A stretch of DNA of 64,000 bases, taken from Ptychomitrium polyphyllum (taxonomy: Eukaryota). This document shows positions 60,200 through 64,000 of the stretch, piece by piece. The position numbers and the translations under genes were made by a program. Under the pieces are notes generated by a model. The model ran no database searches and was not told the origin of the DNA. It was given only the letters and a program-made list of their open reading frames with translations. The stretch is from positions 5,828,001 to 5,892,000 of the forward strand of contig OZ316775.1 in assembly GCA_973851085.1 (NCBI GenBank). Reading direction: 5' to 3'. Numbering within the stretch: position 1 is the first letter of the stretch; each line of letters opens with the position of its first letter.

Positions 60200-63100
60200 C
60201 ATACTTATTTTTAGACAAAAGATAAGCAGTTTTATAAATCACAAGAAATATATGGAGATAATTATTACAGATATAAATATTAGAAGAATTTAGAAAGGTT
60301 CTTAGAAGATTTAAAAAGCTTCCAAAGAAGTTACCTTGACTTAAGAAGCTTCCAAGGAAACAACTTTAGGTTGCTTGAGTACCAAGCAATATAATAGAAG
60401 CTTTTGAAGAAGTTTGTAATCTTAATATATATAAGAATTGAGACTAAAGGAATTTTTAGTCTTGACAACGCTTCTTTTGTGGTCTAGTTCAGACCTTCAA
60501 GCCCTATTTTTGTATCTTTTTATAGCTCTTTACTGTTAATATACATTGGACATATCTTGTTCCACATCTTGGAATCTTAAAGCCTTCTCTTGTAGTTACT
60601 TTGTCCGTAACAATTTGTGAAGATTGTTATACAACAATATCAAAGCTTGGTTCTTCTTGATAGAGAGTAGATTATCCCTCTTCTTGAAAGCACTATACCA
60701 CTTCAAAGCTTGCGGATTATACTCTTTTAGACTAATACTACTTCTTAAATTTTCTTTAGTTTTTTGCATATTTAGCAGTTTTTATCTTTTTTTGTTTTAT
60801 TTCTATGCCAGGAGGTGAAGAAGTCAATTTGACTGATTCAAAAGAAGCCAATGTAGATTCCATTATCAATACCTTTAAAGCATTGAGGATCAAAACCAAG
60901 ACTTTATCCAAGAAAACTAAAGAATTTTATTTGACCATATATAATAGTCAAGAAGCAAAAGCACCGTAGTTGCTATCCAATTCAACTTAGGTGCTCCATT
61001 GTTTAGAACTAATTTAGAAGAAGACGGAATAGTTTGAGCCAAGAATTCAATGTCAACGGCCAAAGAACCAAGAAGTTTGATAGTACGCGTTCAAAATTTC
61101 AAAGCAATGTAAATTAAGTTTGACTTGTTACCTTGCTTCAACCTCAACAATAATCTACAGATGCTTCACGCATTGGTTTGGTGGAAAAGTTGCTCTCAGG
61201 ACAAGCATTGTCCTAATTTGCACCACTTTTTAAAAAAAAATCTCCTATATTTAGCAACTTTGCTGCATTCCTAGCCGCATTTCTAGATGCTTTTGGTGAT
61301 CATGACAAGCTCCGCTTTGCAACTACTAAGATTTGTGCCTTGCACCAAAGGCCACATTCTATACCAACTTATGGATCATAATTTTGACAGCTTGCATGCA
61401 ATATTAATTAGAAAGAAGGAGCATTGATGAGTCAATTTCATTGGAGAGTATATGACAAAATTAACAATTTATTGCTATCCATGCTAGACCTCCAAACATG
61501 AGAAGAAGCAACAAAAAGAGCAAGGGTTATGTTTGTACTGTGGAAAACCTAGTCACTAGGTTAATAACTGCTTGGAGAAACCTTTGCGTACATATTGGAT
61601 GAAGGATACAACCACAAGGCCAATTGATTTGCAAAAAACAATGACGTCCAGCCATAGTAGGGATCATGCAGCTAGATTTACTTTTATCGCAAGAAAAAAA
61701 AGATCCTATCTTATCAAATCACCATTTTTTTGTTTTATTATGTTTATTTGTTTATGCATACAGAGGCTTAAAAGCCTTAATCTAATAGATTCAAAAGCTT
61801 CTACTTGCTCTGTTAATAAAGAATTTTTGAAAATCCATATGTTTTTTTTTGTTAAAAAATCCAAAGCAGCCCATATAGATGTCATAGATGGTTGGCTGTT
61901 ATCTTCCGAAGATGTTATTCATGAAACCAATCCATTAACATCAACATTAAACAATTATAGTAGCCAAATGATATTTAATATCATCAAGTCTCTATGAAGT
62001 CCCATCATTTTAGGACTTTCTTGGTTCAAAAAGTACAATCCGCAGATAGATTGGACATCCTGCAAAATAGCATTTTCATCATTAAAACCTAGAACTACTA
62101 AACCTAAAGAAGAAATTGAAGCATCTTATGGATTTAAGCCTATTATTAGGCTAACGGGTATTAAATCTAGTACTACAGGACTTTCTCTACCAACCTCCGC
62201 CTATTGATACTACTGGCCATCCTCCAATGGTAACTACTAAATAATAGTAATAGTCTATTAGTTGAGACAAATAGATGTAAATCCACTTTTGTAGGATCTT
62301 AAATCTAATACTTAAATCCTGAATCAAGAGAGTTGACCGTATGTTGTATTTGGCCTTATTCTATGAAACATATTATACACTCCATCTTTTGATTCATCTA
62401 TGAGTTTTGTCTTTGAATATGTGTTTATATGTAAAATTGTCCATTTTGGCCATTTCTATAGTAGTTTATAGTTTGCTCCTTACTACTACCATGTCTCTTC
62501 CATTTAATAACATCAATTATAAATTCATATAAATTATTATTTCTAGATCTATACTCTTTAATAAAGAACTACCAAACATCAGAATACTTGGTAGTTATCA
62601 ATCATAATACTAGTGTAGCTAATTTATTTTTCATAAGTAACTCCACTAAAAAACTATCAAGTTATTGATTACTTGGTAGTTACATAATTTAACTGTTATA
62701 GACTGTAACAAAGCCCATAAAGCCTCTCTTTATTGGCGCTAGAGCATTTATGAGGGCAGCAAAGACTGCAGCTTCTTTGTTTTGTATGCAACTCCAACGT
62801 CCAAAGTTGTGGCTTCATCGTCAATCACTCTAGAAAAGCATAAGGAGTTCAACGATGTATTCAGAAAAAAAAATGCAGACACCCTACTACAACATCGTCC
62901 CTATGACTATGCCATAGACCTCTAAAACAACATTTCAAATAAAATATGGACATTCTGAATATAATGTCCTTCCTTTTGGACTTACCAACATCCTCGCCAT
63001 TTTTCAGCATCTGATGAATGACATATATTAAGAGTACCTTAATGATTTTGTTGTATATTATATAGAAGATATTTTGATTTATTCAAAGAATCTAGAAGAA

Positions 63101-64000
63101 TATGAACAACATATCCACATAATCCTACAAAAGCTATATAATGTTGGTTTGTATGCCAAGCTAGAGAAATGCATATTCCACAAACCTCAAGTGGAATTCC
63201 TTAGAGGTATCATCTCCAACAAAGGATTATTAATGGATCCAAAGAAAGCCAAAGTACTCAACCTTTGGATAAGGCTAAAATTGGCTTGTGATGTCCAATA
63301 TTTTTTTGGATTTGTAAACTTCTATAGGATCTTCATCAAGAACTATTCGCAAACAGTTGCACCTCTTACGCAACTAACATGCATGGAAAAGCTTGAGTAG
63401 AAATCCAATGCTAAAGATGCATTCCAAAGTTTGAAACAAGCTTTCACCACAATTCTATTCTAATCCATTTGGATTCCAAACTTTTCAAAGCAATTTTATC
63501 TTGAAACAGATGCTTCCAATATTGCATTAGGAGTAGTTTTGTTACAAACAACAGAAGAAGGAAGATCCCATCCAATTGCATTACATTCCAGAAAAATTTT
63601 AGTTGCAGAAATCAATTACAAAATCCACAACAAAGAACTTCTTGCAATTGTTGATTCTTTTCAAAAATGGCGTTATTTACTTAAGAGTACCGCACATCTA
63701 ATTATTGTATATACAAACCACAAGAATTTGGAACATTTCATGTCAATCTATGTTTTAAATCGCCGCCAAGCTCGTTGAAGTACATCTCTATCTCAATTTG
63801 ATTTTTATATTACATATTTTTCTATAAAAAAGCAAAGACTATTAGATGCTTTTCCAAATGTGTCATATCTTGCGCCAAAGGAACAAGAAAGAGCACACAA
63901 TCAATAAAGAGCAATTTTATTGAAACCTGAACAATTTTGTATACATACAATCTGTGAACTAAAATAAGCCACCCTAATTGGCAGCTTATAAAACCCACAC
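60200..64000 (+). mobile_element. Old chromovirus-type Gypsy (divergent relative of copies A/B), running off the window end
   Basis: LTR-like region ending GTCCGTAACA at 60612 (start approximate). gag remnants (LLSGQALS*FAPL..AFLDAFGDHDK, CLYCGKP), PR, RT (IYSKNLEE..YAKLEKCIF) and RH (LETDASN..NHKNLEHFM). Confidence 0.82.
62141..62710 (+). repeat. Solo LTR related to the host non-chromovirus family, inserted in the old chromovirus
   Basis: Perfect TSD AAGCC (62136-62140 and 62711-62715); colinear with 58009-58576; ends TGTAACA. Confidence 0.9.

Overview
Eukaryotic plant genomic DNA, most likely the moss Physcomitrium (Physcomitrella) patens; this is inferred from gene style and LTR families, not looked up. 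The left part (1-28 kb) has an AT-rich intergenic stretch and four genes: an intronless CCA1/LHY-type MYB clock gene, a MAKR/BKI1-like kinase regulator, a secreted GNA/bulb-type lectin and a six-exon BTB/POZ-NPH3 (NRL/NPY-like) gene. The right part (28-64 kb) is a nested LTR-retrotransposon island that can be rebuilt from target-site duplications (TSDs). A ~10.5 kb non-chromovirus Gypsy host (31339-58576, TSD GCCTT) with a degenerate extra ORF carries two inverted chromovirus copies (31405-36545 and 48381-54817) and a half-tRNA-primed Copia (37739-42929). It is flanked by older chromovirus relics, one holding a solo LTR. Main observations: (1) the two independently inserted, dead chromoviruses share a ~4.8 kb near-identical inverted tract; (2) the host LTRs are partly homogenised, so they look younger than the elements nested inside them; (3) the chromoviruses show a Tf1-like self-priming signal and a -1 frameshift structure, each with a compensatory base change between families. 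All counts and alignments were done by eye.
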